This document shows positions 12,841 through 26,591 of a stretch of 64,000 nt of DNA, piece by piece; position 1 is the first letter of the stretch, and each line of letters opens with the position of its first letter. Below the pieces are notes generated by a model. That model was not told the DNA's origin. It saw only the letters and a program-made list of their open reading frames with translations, and did not search any database. Location of the stretch: the NCBI GenBank assembly GCA_951406725.2, contig OX597817.1, positions 56,482,001-56,546,000 on the forward strand. Reading direction: 5' to 3'. The position numbers and the translations under genes are program-made. Origin of the DNA: Octopus vulgaris (taxonomy: Eukaryota).

Positions 12841-13034
12841 ATAATAATAATAATAATAATAATAATAATTTCATCAGAGGAACAAAGATGTACTATTGGA
12901 TGTTATATGTGGGCATGTCAATTCATTTGAATTGTGTAGCAAGTAGGCAACATTTACAGCTGTCAATGGATTCTTACACATACTGTAAGAATACTCCGAG
13001 TAGCGATTGCCTTTGTCATCCGACCTTCATCCGA

Positions 13035-13564
13035 CGATGATGATGATGATGATAATCATGAGGAAGATGATAATCATGAGTATGATGATAATGATGATGA
13101 TGATGATGATGATGACGACGACTACGATGATGATGATGCCGACGATGACGATGATGATAGTGATGATAATGATGATGATGATGATGATGATGATGACGAC
13201 GACGAGGATGATGATGATGATGATGACGACGACGATGATGATGACGATGTTGGCGATGACGATGATGATAGTGATGATGATGACGAGGAGGATGATGATG
13301 ATGATGATGATAATGATGATGACGACGACGACGACGACGATGATGATGATGATAATGATAATGACGACGACGATGATGATCACGATGACGATGACGATGA
13401 TAATGACGAGGAAGAGGAGGAAGGGGGTGGGAGACAGTGCCGATGAGGATAACGGTGACGATTATGATGATGATGACGACGATGATGATGACTCCGACGA
13501 CGACGACAACGTAGCGATGATGATGGTGATGATTATGATGATGATGGTCATCATCAGCACCATC

Positions 13565-13596
<32 letters not shown>

Positions 13597-13660
13597 CATC
13601 ATCACCATAACGATCATCATCACCATCATCATCACCATCATCATCACCATCATCATCATG
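13035..13660. repeat. Compound (GAT/GAC)n tract followed by inverted (CAT/CAC)n tract
   Basis: Direct reading. Confidence 0.9.
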
Positions 13661-14394
13661 AATAAGTAATAGGCTATGAAAGAAAAGGGGCGGATAACTC
13701 CACTAGGAATGGGAAATACGGTTAGTATTGGCGTTGGTGACGTTGAGATTGGTTGTGAGATGTCAGTGGTAGGGGGTGGAGAGTGGTGGAGGCGGTGTTG
13801 ATGGTAGAAGCAATGTTTACAGGAGGGTTGGGTGGTGTTGGTGGTGATTGGGGGAGCGGTGGCGGCAGTGGTGTGGTGGTCGTGGCGGTGAATATGGTGG
13901 TCGTGTTAGTAAAGATGGAGTCGTTGGCGACGGCGATGGTGGAGGAGGCGGTGGTGTTGTATTTTTAATGAGTAAATGTACGGACATGTGCACGTGCCTC
14001 TATATATGTGTTTGTATGCGTGTTTCTGTGTGTGTGTATGTGTGTGTGTGTGTGTGGATGTGTGTGCGTATATATAACTTACCCTTACGTCAACATATAC
14101 AGACAGTCGTACACACAACAAACCACTCACATACAAACACACACACACGCATATATTTACATACATGCATATGTGTGTATATATGTGTGCATATATAAAT
14201 ATACATATATATATATATATACATATATATGTACATACATATATATGTGTATTCATGTATGTGTTTACTCATATATGTGCATATATATGTGTGTATTTAC
14301 ATGTGTGTACATATGTATATATATGCACACATTGATATGTATATGCATATACAGTATATATCTACATATATATATTTATATCTATATATACATA

Positions 14395-14481
<87 letters not shown>

Positions 14482-14691
14482 TTGTATGTTAGCGTATATA
14501 TTCACATGCAAATATATGTCCTTGTGTATGTATATGTATGTCTACAAATATATTCATATATATGTATTTACACACATCCACATGTGTGTGACTGCGTCAG
14601 TCAGGCCGGCTGATATATTTTTGATGACAGGGTATGTGTTTGTGCGTGTATGTGTATGTGTGTCTATGCGCGAGTATGCCTGTAAGCTTGT

Positions 14692-14732
<41 letters not shown>

Positions 14733-15454
14733 AGACAACTGCAACCGTCCCGCCCCCGCCAGTTCTCCGTAAATTCCAGACGTGGTCTCGCCATTAGTCA
14801 CCTTCTAAAACACATGCAATGTGCCAACAGTCTCCATGGTCCTCTTAGCCATACATCCCATACAAAATACTCCATACACATACATGTATACGCAGTTATA
14901 TACACACACCAACATACACCATATGTATATATATACATATACACACACGTTCTGTTTTCTTGCTTGCGTTTGCATATTTATGTAGGCAAGGATGCATACT
15001 TAACATGTATGCATAACAATATGTATGCATGTGCATATGAACTGATGTATTTAGTTGTATATGCATATATATACATGTGCATGTAGGTATACATATAGCG
15101 TGTGAACATGTATGTGTGTGCGGTTATGTATGTATGTGTATGTGTGCATGTGTAAAGCTGTTGGCCTCTGGAAATTCATACATATTTTAAATTGTATATA
15201 TATATATATATATGCATATAGAGATACGTGTATATATATAGGCATATGTGTTGTGTGCATGTCTATATATATATATACATATATACATACATACATATAT
15301 ATACACACACATATATATATATACATGTGTGGTGTGTGTATATATATATATAGAGAGAGATAGATATGTGTGTGTGTATGTATATATACATGCCTATATA
15401 TGTGTGTGTGTGGTGTATGTATATATAAATATATATACATACAGATACACACAT

Positions 15455-15551
<97 letters not shown>

Positions 15552-15827
15552 GCAAGAGAAAACTATGGAGTTTGTTCATAAAATATTTAGTAACTAAATC
15601 TTTTATGACCAGTCGTTCTTGCTGTTTTGTATTTTTCCTTCATGTACCCTGTGACCTTATCCGGCGATACAATCCAGTCAAATGAAGCTCGGATGATAAC
15701 GGCAATTGCTACTCGGAGTATTCTTTCAGGATGTGTAAGAATATACTGACAGCTGTAAATGCTGCCTATTTGCTATACATTTCAAATTTAAATCGCACTA
15801 TAGATATATAAATAGGTAGGTGAGATA

Positions 15828-15990
15828 AGTTTCTTTATTGGCCGCACAGGGCTGCACACAGATGGGACAAGTTACAAGGTAGAGCTTTTCTTTTGGGGGA
15901 TGAAAAAAAACAAAAAACAAAAGAAACAAAAAAAAAGGTGGCGTAGGTTTTCGATCAAAAGGGATCGTAAAAGGGAAAAAGAAGAACAAA
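15828..15990 (-). mobile_element. 3' UTR fragment of the Tx1-like LINE
   Basis: tttctttattggccgcacagggctgcacac...ttacaaggtagagcttttcttttggggg...cgatcaaaagggatcgtaaaa matches 30841-30955. Confidence 0.8.
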
Positions 15991-16027
15991 AAAAATAAAA
16001 TAAAATAAAAATAAAATAAAGAAAATA

Positions 16028-16060
<33 letters not shown>

Positions 16061-16240
16061 ACCAATAGTTGTACAGCTATCTTATATATATGTATATACA
16101 AATACATATATGCACATACATATATGCATATATATATATATATATATATATATTAAGGTATGTAGAAAAATACAACATGGACAAGAACGTATAACTCTTA
16201 GAAGACGACACAATAAACACGGACAGGACATTCGAAACCC

Positions 16241-16292
16241 TCAGTCTTCAGTCAAGAACCGGATCATCGTAGTAATTTCGGCTGATTAATCT

Positions 16293-16295
<3 letters not shown>
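16241..16295 (-). ncRNA. Second permuted hammerhead candidate (cleavage-site strand truncated by (TA)n)
   Basis: Minus strand TCAAGA-ttaa-TCAG-cc-GAAA-TTACT...TCTTGA-CTGAAGA-CTGA; same strand order as 11487-11554. Confidence 0.4.
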
Positions 16296-16349
<54 letters not shown>

Positions 16350-16499
16350 AAGAATTCACAAAAAATCATAAGACGAAGACAGGTGGTGTAGACAACAAGC
16401 AGCTGTATTAGTATAGGACATGTTGACTTTGTGAAGGCATGGTTTGTCTGCTGAAATAAATTGATAAGCCCACATATAATATCCAATGGTACACCTTTT

Positions 16500-16602
16500 T
16501 TCCTCTGATGAAATTATACTTATGTAACATGTCACATAAAAGTAAATTTAATATACAAAATTGTAATTAAATTATTAAGTATTAATTGAAACAGCTGTAA
16601 CA
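16500..16602 (+). ncRNA. Hammerhead core with long stem II and palindromic stem III; stem I decayed
   Basis: CTGATGA-AATTATACTTA...TAAGTATTAATT-GAAACAGCTGTA. Confidence 0.55.
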
Positions 16603-16682
16603 AGCAAAGATAATTAATTTGTTAATAATAAACAATTATTATCTTCCTTATCTCCATTCCCCTTCCTTTTTTCCTCTTTAAA

Positions 16683-16717
<35 letters not shown>

Positions 16718-16719
<2 letters not shown>

Positions 16720-17165
16720 GTTGCGTAAGATATTTGATGACATAACTTTTTAGTGTCATTGCTGTATTTTTTGCTAACACTATATAATCTTTGTCTCAGA
16801 AAATAACAATAATGGCAGACCCTCATCGTACTCAAGTAATGAAGAAGCATGCCGTTATTGTGGTTATAAAGGCTGAGCATAGCGATTTAGAAATATCTCG
16901 AATTTTATAAGTTGCCAGATCTTTCGTCTACAAAGTTTGTAAGGAGCTAGAGAGAGAAGATGGAAATGTATCGCCAGTATCAAAGCATAAAAAGCATTCT
17001 TAAAGCTCTGAAATCATCCAAACACCTAAATTTATCCAGCAAGTTCAACAGACCATTGAATACAATCCAAGAAATTCCATGAGATCAATTGCAAAAGATC
17101 TTCATGTGTCAGAAGGAACAGTCAGAAATGTTGTCCACGAAGACATTAAGTCTCATATGATGAGG
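16718..17165 (+). mobile_element. Tc1/mariner-superfamily (maT/DD37D-like) transposon 5' fragment, pseudogenised
   Basis: TA|CAGG start; from ATG 16812 MADPHRTQ...HSDLEISRIL*VARSFVYKV...NPRNSMRSIAKDLHVSEGTVRNVVHEDI (HTH-type region, two stops). Confidence 0.7.
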
Positions 17166-17241
17166 AATGTTCACCACATCAGATTTTAAATCCAGTAACT
17201 CATCTCTCTCTCTGTCTTTCTCGTTGCATTTTCTATGCATC

Positions 17242-17337
<96 letters not shown>

Positions 17338-17638
17338 ATGCATCTATGTATGTATATAGTAAATCATTTCACGTTGTCCATTCAGCTGCATATAGGTTAC
17401 TCTGGAATGGCGTCCCATTGGCGACGTAAAGGTGAGAATATATTGTGATTTCAGTCACTTATATGCCACGGAAACCGAATATGACCATATGAGGCTCAGA
17501 ATCCGAGGGGATTCCCAAGGGACTTAATTTTTTATTATAACATGACTGTTTTGGCTAGTTAAGCGATCGTCAGACTGACCGTGCAACAAATTACACTGGA
17601 TTACGTAGTTCAGAAGACATTCTGTCACATATATACGC

Positions 17639-17795
17639 AGGCGCAGGTATGGCTGTGTGGTAAGAAGTTTGCTTCCCAATCACATGGTTCCGAGTTCAGT
17701 TCTACTGCGTGGCACCATGAGCAAGTGTTTTCTAATATAGCCTCGGGCAAACCAAAGCCTTGTGAGTGGAAGGAAACTGAAAGAATTCTGTCGTA
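17639..17795 (+). mobile_element. SINE family A head
   Basis: ggcgcaggtatggctgtgtggtaagaagtttgc... Confidence 0.75.
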
Positions 17796-18035
17796 TATAC
17801 AAGTATCACGCGTTATGTACGAATATATTCACATATCTATGCTATGTACGTATATTTATGTATATATACACGTGTCTACCTGCATATATGAGTTCCTATA
17901 CATATATATATATATGTATATATGTATATATGTATATGTATGTATTTGTCCATACGTGTGCGTTTGTGCGTGTATCTAGTTGTATGGATGTGCGTCTGTG
18001 AGCGCCTAAGCATATGTGTATATATATACGTATAT

Positions 18036-18310
18036 ATCACGTGACCGACCAGACCATCAGATATTGTTACATATCGCTGACCACAATGCGTTCGCATTGT
18101 TTTAGCCTTGGAATGACGCCACCCTGCTGGCCAACAGAAGAAAGAGTGGGAGAAAGAGTACAGCAGGGATCACCACCCCCTGCCGGAGCCTCGTGGAGCT
18201 TTTAGGTGTTTTCGCTCAATAAACACTCACAACGCCCGGTCTGGGAATCGAAACCGCGATCCTACGACCGCGAGCCTGCTGCTCTAACCACTGGGCCGTG
18301 GCGCCTCCAC
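18036..18310 (-). mobile_element. tRNA-derived SINE family D
   Basis: Minus-strand head ggcccagtggttagagcagc...ggtttcgattcccagaccgggcg (A/B boxes); related pieces at 3359-3430 and 41745-41883. Confidence 0.75.
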
Positions 18311-18318
18311 ATATATAC

Positions 18319-18357
<39 letters not shown>

Positions 18358-18359
<2 letters not shown>

Positions 18360-18760
18360 CGCAGGAGTGGCTGTGTGGTAAGTAGCTTGTTTACCAACCA
18401 CATGGTACTGGGTTCAGTCCCACTGCGTGGTACCTTGGGCAAGTGCCTTCTACTATAGCCTCTACAAAGCCTTGTGAGTGGATTTGGTAGGCGGAAACTG
18501 AAAGAAGCCCGTCGTATATGTGTATATATATATATGTATATGTGTGTGTGCGTGTATGTTTGTGTTTGTACCCCTAGCATTGCTTGACAACCGATGCCGG
18601 TGTGTTTACGTCCCCGTCACTTAGCGGTTCGGCAAAAGAGATTGATGGAATAAGTACTGGGCTTACAAAGAATAAGTCCCGGGGTCGAGTTGCTCGATTA
18701 AAGGCGATGCTCCAGCATGGCCGCAGTCAAATGACTGAAACAAGTAAAAGAGTAAAAGAG
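18358..18760 (+). mobile_element. SINE family A, near full length
   Basis: Head-to-tail match with 4555-4933. Confidence 0.85.
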
Positions 18761-18837
<77 letters not shown>

Positions 18838-19110
18838 CTCTATATGTATATATGCGTCGAAGCACGAACACGAAAAAATAAGTCTAAGTATTATCTTCCT
18901 TTCAATTTCTACAACCTTTTCTTTCTCTCAACAGTTACAACAGCGAAGGCTCATTACGTCATTACGTCATCTCTAAACTAGAATTTATCATTTTCACGTT
19001 CATATTTGAATTTTTTGTGTTTCAATTTTTCTCCGTCTTTTATTTATTCTCGAAGTTGATGGACGTATAGCGGTGCGTAAAACCGAATCAGAAAATCTCT
19101 CGTAAAACTT

Positions 19111-19169
19111 TTTATTGCTGTACCCGAAGAGACCCTGAAGGGGTCGAAACATGTGTCGTACCCAATAAA
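19111..19169 (+). ncRNA. Type I hammerhead ribozyme (CCGAAGA core variant)
   Basis: TTTATTG-ct-GTAC-CCGAAGA-GACCC(TGAAG)GGGTC-GAAAC(ATGT)GTC^GTAC-c-CAATAAA; G-C closed stem II, bulged 11-bp stem I, GUC site, predicted cut after 19157. Confidence 0.75.
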
Positions 19170-19676
19170 ATTTTTTCCCTTTTCATCTATTTTATTAATA
19201 CTGTTACCCCAATCGCCACTACGAGGTTCCTGCAATAAATCTATGGATAGCAACAGGTAATCGAAACTCTGCCGGTGCTTTACTCATCATCCACGTATAC
19301 ATTTTGTATAAATTTTTCCATCATAATATATATGATTTCATTTGCCTGTTGGGTAGCGTATTGATATAGCGAAATGAGAATGTTCATTAAATTTTAATAA
19401 TCACACACTTTAATGGGGTGTGCGGCGTAGAAATGAACTTAAATGGGAGGAGCTATCACCAAGAAAGATTAAAGTAATGAGGATATAATTTTGAATACGC
19501 CACAACTTCACCGACGCTTCGAAGTCACTCTCAACGACACAATTATAAATTTTAGATTATAAAGTTATTTGAAACCTACATTTAGTTAATGTACATGGCT
19601 TTGAGAATATAATATAAAAATTACACTCATTTAAAATATCATGTGCGTGTGTGTGTGTGTATGTATAAATATATAC

Positions 19677-19723
<47 letters not shown>

Positions 19724-19732
19724 TATAGATAT

Positions 19733-19785
<53 letters not shown>

Positions 19786-20996
19786 TATATATATATGTAT
19801 ATATACATCCATATATATACATATATATCTGCATGTATGTGTGTATATGAATCTAGGTATTTGTGCAGTTATCAGTACATGAATACATATATGTATGTAT
19901 TACATATTTGTGTTTGTGTGCGTGTGTGTGTGTGTGTGCGCGCGTGCATGTGTATGTATGCATGTATGAGATTTTATATTTGCCTTACCGAACAAAAGAA
20001 CATTTTTTTAAAAAAAAACAGGAAAGGAAGTTATTATTTAGGGATGTGAATTGTCCTCAGTGCAAACTCTCGCCCCGATATCGAACCTCCCATCTCGACC
20101 ACCACCAACCCCCACTACCACTACCACCACCACCACCACCACTACCATTGCCACCACCATCCCCACCGCCACCGCTACCCGCTTTACCCTCTCATCAGTC
20201 CGCTTAGGAGAATTACATCCACAACAAAACGATCGTATTAAAACCATATTATTAACGGCACACACCCAGATCTTCCTACTTCGTTTTACATTCGTAGCTT
20301 TTGTTTGCATTTTGGGAATGATTGGGAGGGAGATGTCTTGGAGGGGCGGTGGTTTTGGGGGGTAGAATTAGGGGTTGGTGTGTCTTATTGAGGATTTTAG
20401 AGTTGTTTATGCTCGCTTTTCTGGAATTTTTTTCTCTCACTAATATGGTTGTGTTGCCAGTTACTTTATTTTTGTGTTTGTTTTGTCTTGTTATACTGTT
20501 GTTTTTATTATCGTCATCATTATCACCTTCATCACCGTCGTCGACGTAATCGTCATCATCCTCATCATCATCATCAGCAGCAGCAGCAGCAGCAACGGCA
20601 TTATCAGCATCATCAGCATTATCATCATAACCACAGCAATATTTACAATCATCGTCGTCATCATCGTGATCAGCATCGTCATCAACATCATCACCACCAC
20701 CATCATCATCATCAATTTCATCGTCGTCACCACCATCGTGACCATTATCACCATCATTGTCATCATCATTTATCATCACTATCGCCATCATCATCGTCGT
20801 CGTCGTCGTCGTCATCATCATCACCATCATCATTATCATCTTCCTCTTCATCATCACCATCATCCTTTATAGGCTCCCTGTTCTTGTATTTGTGATTTGT
20901 GATAATGATATGGTAATTATTTTTTTATATATAGATCTCATTACTAAAATCTTGGCCACAAGTGCCTAAGAAATCATTGTTATTATTATCATCATC

Positions 20997-21028
<32 letters not shown>

Positions 21029-21741
21029 CGTCATCATCATCTTCATCCTCATCGTCGTCGTCATCATCATTATCATCATCGTCATCATCATCGTCATCGT
21101 CATCATCGTCATCGTCATCGTCGTCATCGTCATCGTCATCATCGTCATCATCATCATCATTATCATCGTCATCATTATCGTCATCATCATCATCATCGTC
21201 ATCATCATCATCATCGTCATCATCCTCATCGTCATAATCCTCATCATCATTATCCCCACCAATGTCGTTTCCGTCGTTGTTGTAGCTGCTGTTCATTTTG
21301 TGTTCTCTTCTATCATTGCTGTAATCTATGTTGTTTTATAGACACACACACACACACATGCACGCACAACCACACATATACACACACCCATATACATACA
21401 CAGTTTTGCTTATATACATACTCGCTTCATCATGTTCGCTACGTTAATACTTCGGTCCAGGCAGGCAGGCAAACGAAAAAAAAAAAGATTTAAAGAAAAC
21501 ATTAAAATAAAAGTTCATAACAAAACAAAAATAAAATGCATAAAATATTACAAGAACAACAACAACATCAATAATCGTAGCATATGATTTTAAATAAATA
21601 TAATACTAAACAAATATACAAATTTATACGACATATATACATGTGTGTATATAAAAATATATATATATAAATACATACACATATATATTTATACATATTA
21701 ATGTGTTTTATATATATATATATATACATATGTATATATAC

Positions 21742-21818
<77 letters not shown>

Positions 21819-22058
21819 CATATATAATATATATATTCATATACATATATATATAATATATGTATATATGTATATGTATATGTATGGGAAGATTGAAAGC
21901 AAAACTTTAAATTATCCCTGAATATTTTATTGTCAATTGGTGGGGGGGGGGCCGTTGCCAATTTTTAGAATATTCGGTAAGAGAAAATAATATGCATATA
22001 AAATAATAGGACAACAAAATGGGTGCGATAAATAAGGATGTTGATGATGATGATGATG

Positions 22059-22139
<81 letters not shown>

Positions 22140-22335
22140 GGAATCTATAACAATAATAAGAACGATTATAGTGTTATAGTGGTATTGTAATGAAATCATG
22201 TAGAATTAATAGGAAAAAAGATCGGTGATAAGGAAGGAAGAAAATGATGGAGTTAGGAAGGAAATTATAGTGAAGATAAGGAAGGAAAAATTAAGGAAGG
22301 ACGAAACGATAAATGTCGTGAAATTTTTTTAAAGT

Positions 22336-22895
<560 letters not shown>

Positions 22896-23034
22896 AAGAT
22901 AGAGTGAAGGACAAAACGCAAACACAAAGATCATCAGAGAGGAGGAAGAAAGAATGCGTGGAAACAGAAAAAGAACCTCAGGAAACATGAGAAAAGAAAA
23001 TCAGATAAAAATCTGTATAATAATAATAATAATA

Positions 23035-23070
<36 letters not shown>

Positions 23071-23566
23071 GTAATAATAATAATAATAATAGGTTAATGT
23101 ATGCGTGTGAAAAAGTGCAATGGTGAATAGCAAACCGTACCCTCCGGACGAAGCATAAATCCGCGATTTTATCATCGTGAGTCTTACAATATTTTCTGCT
23201 ACCAACAATACTCGCGGTGAACTCTCTTTAGTTGTGAAAGTGAAAGTAGTTCTCTCGATCAATAATATTAATGGCTTTAATAACAGATTATCTTTTACTT
23301 AGAGACATTCAACAACGAAAGAAGAGCTAGCCTCAATCTCTATCGTATTAAAGAGCAAAGAACACTATCCCGACATTTCTAAAAACCCGGTGGCCCTAGA
23401 CTAGGTTCATCTGTTCTTTAAAATTTATTATATTTTTGTCGATCGGTTTTCTTGAAATTTTCGATGTGGATCGGTTTAAGCGCTTCTGACCTGACCGTGC
23501 AACAACTTACACTGGTTCACGTAGAACTGATAGGGTTCAGAAAACATTCTGTCATATAAATACGCA

Positions 23567-23973
23567 GGCGCAGGCATGGCTGTGTGGTAAGAAGTTTGCT
23601 TCCCAACCACATGGTTCCGAGTTCAGTCCTACTGCGTGGCACCTTGAGCAAGCGTTTTCTAATATAGCCTCGGACAGACCAAAGCCTTGTCAGTGGATTT
23701 AGTGGAAGGAAGCTGAAAGAATTCCGTCGTATATACATGTGTCTATATATTTATATATATATCTATGTATGTGTGTCTGTGTTTGACACCCACCTCCAGC
23801 GTTTGACAACCGATGTTGGTGTGTTTATGGCCCGTAACCAAGCAGTTCGGCAAAAGTGATCGATAGGACAAGTACCAGGCTTAAAAATATACTGGAGTCG
23901 ATACATTCACCTATAAATTCTTCAAGGCGGTGCCCCAGCATGGGCGCTGTCTAATGACCGAAACAAGTAAAAG
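23567..23973 (+). mobile_element. SINE family A variant
   Basis: Head and tail motifs present. Confidence 0.8.
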
Positions 23974-24023
23974 ATAAATAATAAAGGTTACATATAAGCA
24001 AACTTTTCCACATGCATACATTC

Positions 24024-24477
24024 GCCGTCGTCGTCGGCGGTGGCGGAAGTGGTTGCGGTGGCGAAGGAGGAGGCGGCGGCGGTGGAGGCGGCGGAGGCGG
24101 CGGAGGCGGAGGCGGAGGCGGAGGCGGCAGCGACGGCGGAGGCGGCAGCGACGGCGGAGGCGGCAGCGACGGCGGAGGCGGCAGCGGCGGCGGAGGCGGT
24201 GGCGGCGGATGCGGCGGGGGAGGTGGAGGCGACGGTGGGGGCGGCGGATGCGGGGGGGGCGGTGATGATGGAGACGGCGGTGACGGCGGCAAAGGCGGCG
24301 GTGGCAGATGTGGCGGTGGAAGATGTGGCGGCGGCAGATGTCGCGGCGGCAGATGTCGCGGCGGCAGAGGCGGTGGCGGCAAGGTCGCAGTGGCAGAGGC
24401 GGAAGCGGCGGAGGCAGTGGAGGCGACGGAGGCGGTGGAGACGGCGGAGGCGGCCGAGGTGGCGGCGACGGCGGCAA
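24024..24477. repeat. GC-rich compound (GGC/GGA/GGT)n tract with 18-bp and 15-bp higher-order units
   Basis: (ggcggaggcggcagcgac)x3; ggcggcagatgtcgc units. Confidence 0.9.
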
Positions 24478-25396
24478 GGACTCGTTTCCGAGTTTTTAGA
24501 ACAATTGGGTGCGGAAGAGTGGGGAAGGATCATTTCTGCTGTAGGGGATGATGGACTTTCTGAATTTTAATAAGCCCATTTCTTGCTCTAAACAGCCGAT
24601 GGCAAGAATCGCATTGGACTTTTGGAGCTGGTTGGGGCTGGATTGCTTTGTCTCTCCTGCGCTGTCATTTCGTTCCGATATGCGTTACTCATAAACTCGA
24701 ACAAAAGCACTCAGTAGGCCATTTAAGGGGCATATTTGTAGTTTCACAGTTTATGGATTCCAATGATCAATCAGAATATCACAGTCATACAGAAACGTAA
24801 AGATTCATTCAAACAAATAAAATAAACGAGGTTATGGCCGCGTTCGGTTTGAAAGGAGGGTCCTTATTTCGTTAGTGATATGGATTCTCGAAAACTACAA
24901 TTGCAAAAGACTCTACGAAAACTACTGCAAAAGACTGCAAAAGACTGCGAAAACTACAATTGCAAAAGGAAAAGTATTTAGGTTATAGTTCGCGGTACTC
25001 TTTGCACAGAAAAATTACGGAAGTGGGAAGGCTAGAATACCGTTGACCAGTCTGCGGCATCATCTTATTAAGTACTAGATAAGCTAAGGTTTGTAAGACA
25101 AACCAAAAGACCAAATATATTTGCTGGTTTATGTCGGAGAGAAATCCGATAAAAAATTCTTCAAATAAATTTTTTTTTTTTTTCTCTTTTATTTGAGTTT
25201 CGGAAATGTTTCCTTTCTAACATTTCTCTCGCGATTGTCTTGGATTTACTGTCGGTGCTGCTACTTCTCATATACACTATTTGTGGCATTAAGGTAAGAA
25301 CTACGAACGTCACAGATCACAAATTTTACAGCAACGTAAATAGTTACCACGACATTGAATCATTTTATTCGAATTCAACCGAAATATATATATATA

Positions 25397-25896
25397 TTGG
25401 GTTGTCCGGAAAGTTCGTGCCGATTTTTAAAGGTAAGAAAAAGGTCAATAAATACTTGCCATTGCATTTTTAATCAACCAAATATGAACCATTTTGTTGC
25501 ATCTCCATATTTCCTTTAACTTGAAAATACCCCCTTCACAGAATTGAGAAGGTTTCATGGCAAAGAATTCATCAAGGTATCTTTTTACGTCATCTGAAGG
25601 AGCAATATCTGGTGAATGTGGAGGGTGGGGTAAAACATTCCAGCCGAGCTGCAGCAATTTTTGTCTGGTTCCCAAAGCATCAAGTGCCGAAAAATGAACT
25701 TTCTTATTTTCCATTTTAAAGGGTTACAGAATTAACACAGGTTATAGGAACATAAACCTTCTTCCACGAAAAAATAGCTTAAACTGTGTTCTAAATGGAG
25801 GTGTAGTCAAATCCTATTTTATGGACTCAACCATCATCTAAAATAAGTCGAAAGGTAAGCTACTATAAATCGGTACGAACTTTCCGGACAACCCAA
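25397..25896 (-). mobile_element. Internally deleted mariner element (500 bp), TIRs and TA target duplication
   Basis: TA|ttgggttgtccggaaagttcgtgccgattt ... aaatcggtacgaactttccggacaacccaa|TA; ORF 25445-25714 contains LGWNVLPHPPHSPDIAPSD. Confidence 0.92.
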
Positions 25897-26425
25897 TATG
25901 ATCAAAATAGATCCTGCCTTGAAAAAAATGATTATTTTTGTGACAGAAGATAATTTCAAAGATTTGGTTTTACAATTCTACTACTGCACTGCAACCAGAT
26001 ATCCATATGTTAACATAATATACATCTATCATAGTCTTGTGATATTGTCCTTATATTGTCTAACTTTTATTTTTTAAAAGTCTTTTTAAGATAAACTTTT
26101 CCAAAACCATAGAATATTTGTGGAATAGCCGTCAATATATCGCGTTTAATGTATATACATCGTTAAAAGACCAATTATTACAGTGCTTGAGCGGAGATAA
26201 CAATTCTTGAAGTCGTGAAATAATTAATAACACGATATATTGCGGAGGCAGACGAACATCTTTCCAGTAGCAGCTAGGGTGAACGGCAGATGTATTTCGA
26301 CTGAGTTGAACCTTACCAATGGCATATTATCACAGCTAACGACATATCGAGACGAGTTTTATCTCCGCTAATATATATACATGCATACACACACAAACAC
26401 ACACACACACACACACACACATACA

Positions 26426-26475
<50 letters not shown>

Positions 26476-26543
26476 AATTTTTTTTTTCAGAATGAGATAA
26501 AAAACCAAAGTTGTGAAGATTTTAGAACATTTATAAATAGAAG

Positions 26544-26591
26544 ATCTTACATCTGTTTCCAGGATATTTATTATATCCCTTCATCGGAGAC
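26544..26591 (-). ncRNA. Type I hammerhead ribozyme (CCGATGA core variant) overlapping one arm of a fold-back
   Basis: Minus strand GTCT-CCGATGA-aGGGATAT(aataa)ATATCCTg-GAAAC(AGAT)GTA^AGAT; inverted partial copy at 26695-26721. Confidence 0.6.

Noticed and set aside
18233-18305. tRNA-like sequences (also 28772-28845)
   Set aside because: They run directly into SINE bodies and have imperfect cloverleaves; SINE heads, not tRNA genes.
23911-24570. Pro-, Gly- or Ala-rich protein gene (formin/extensin-like)
   Set aside because: Several frames are open only because of the GGC repeat; in-frame stops lie just outside and there is no domain or splice support.
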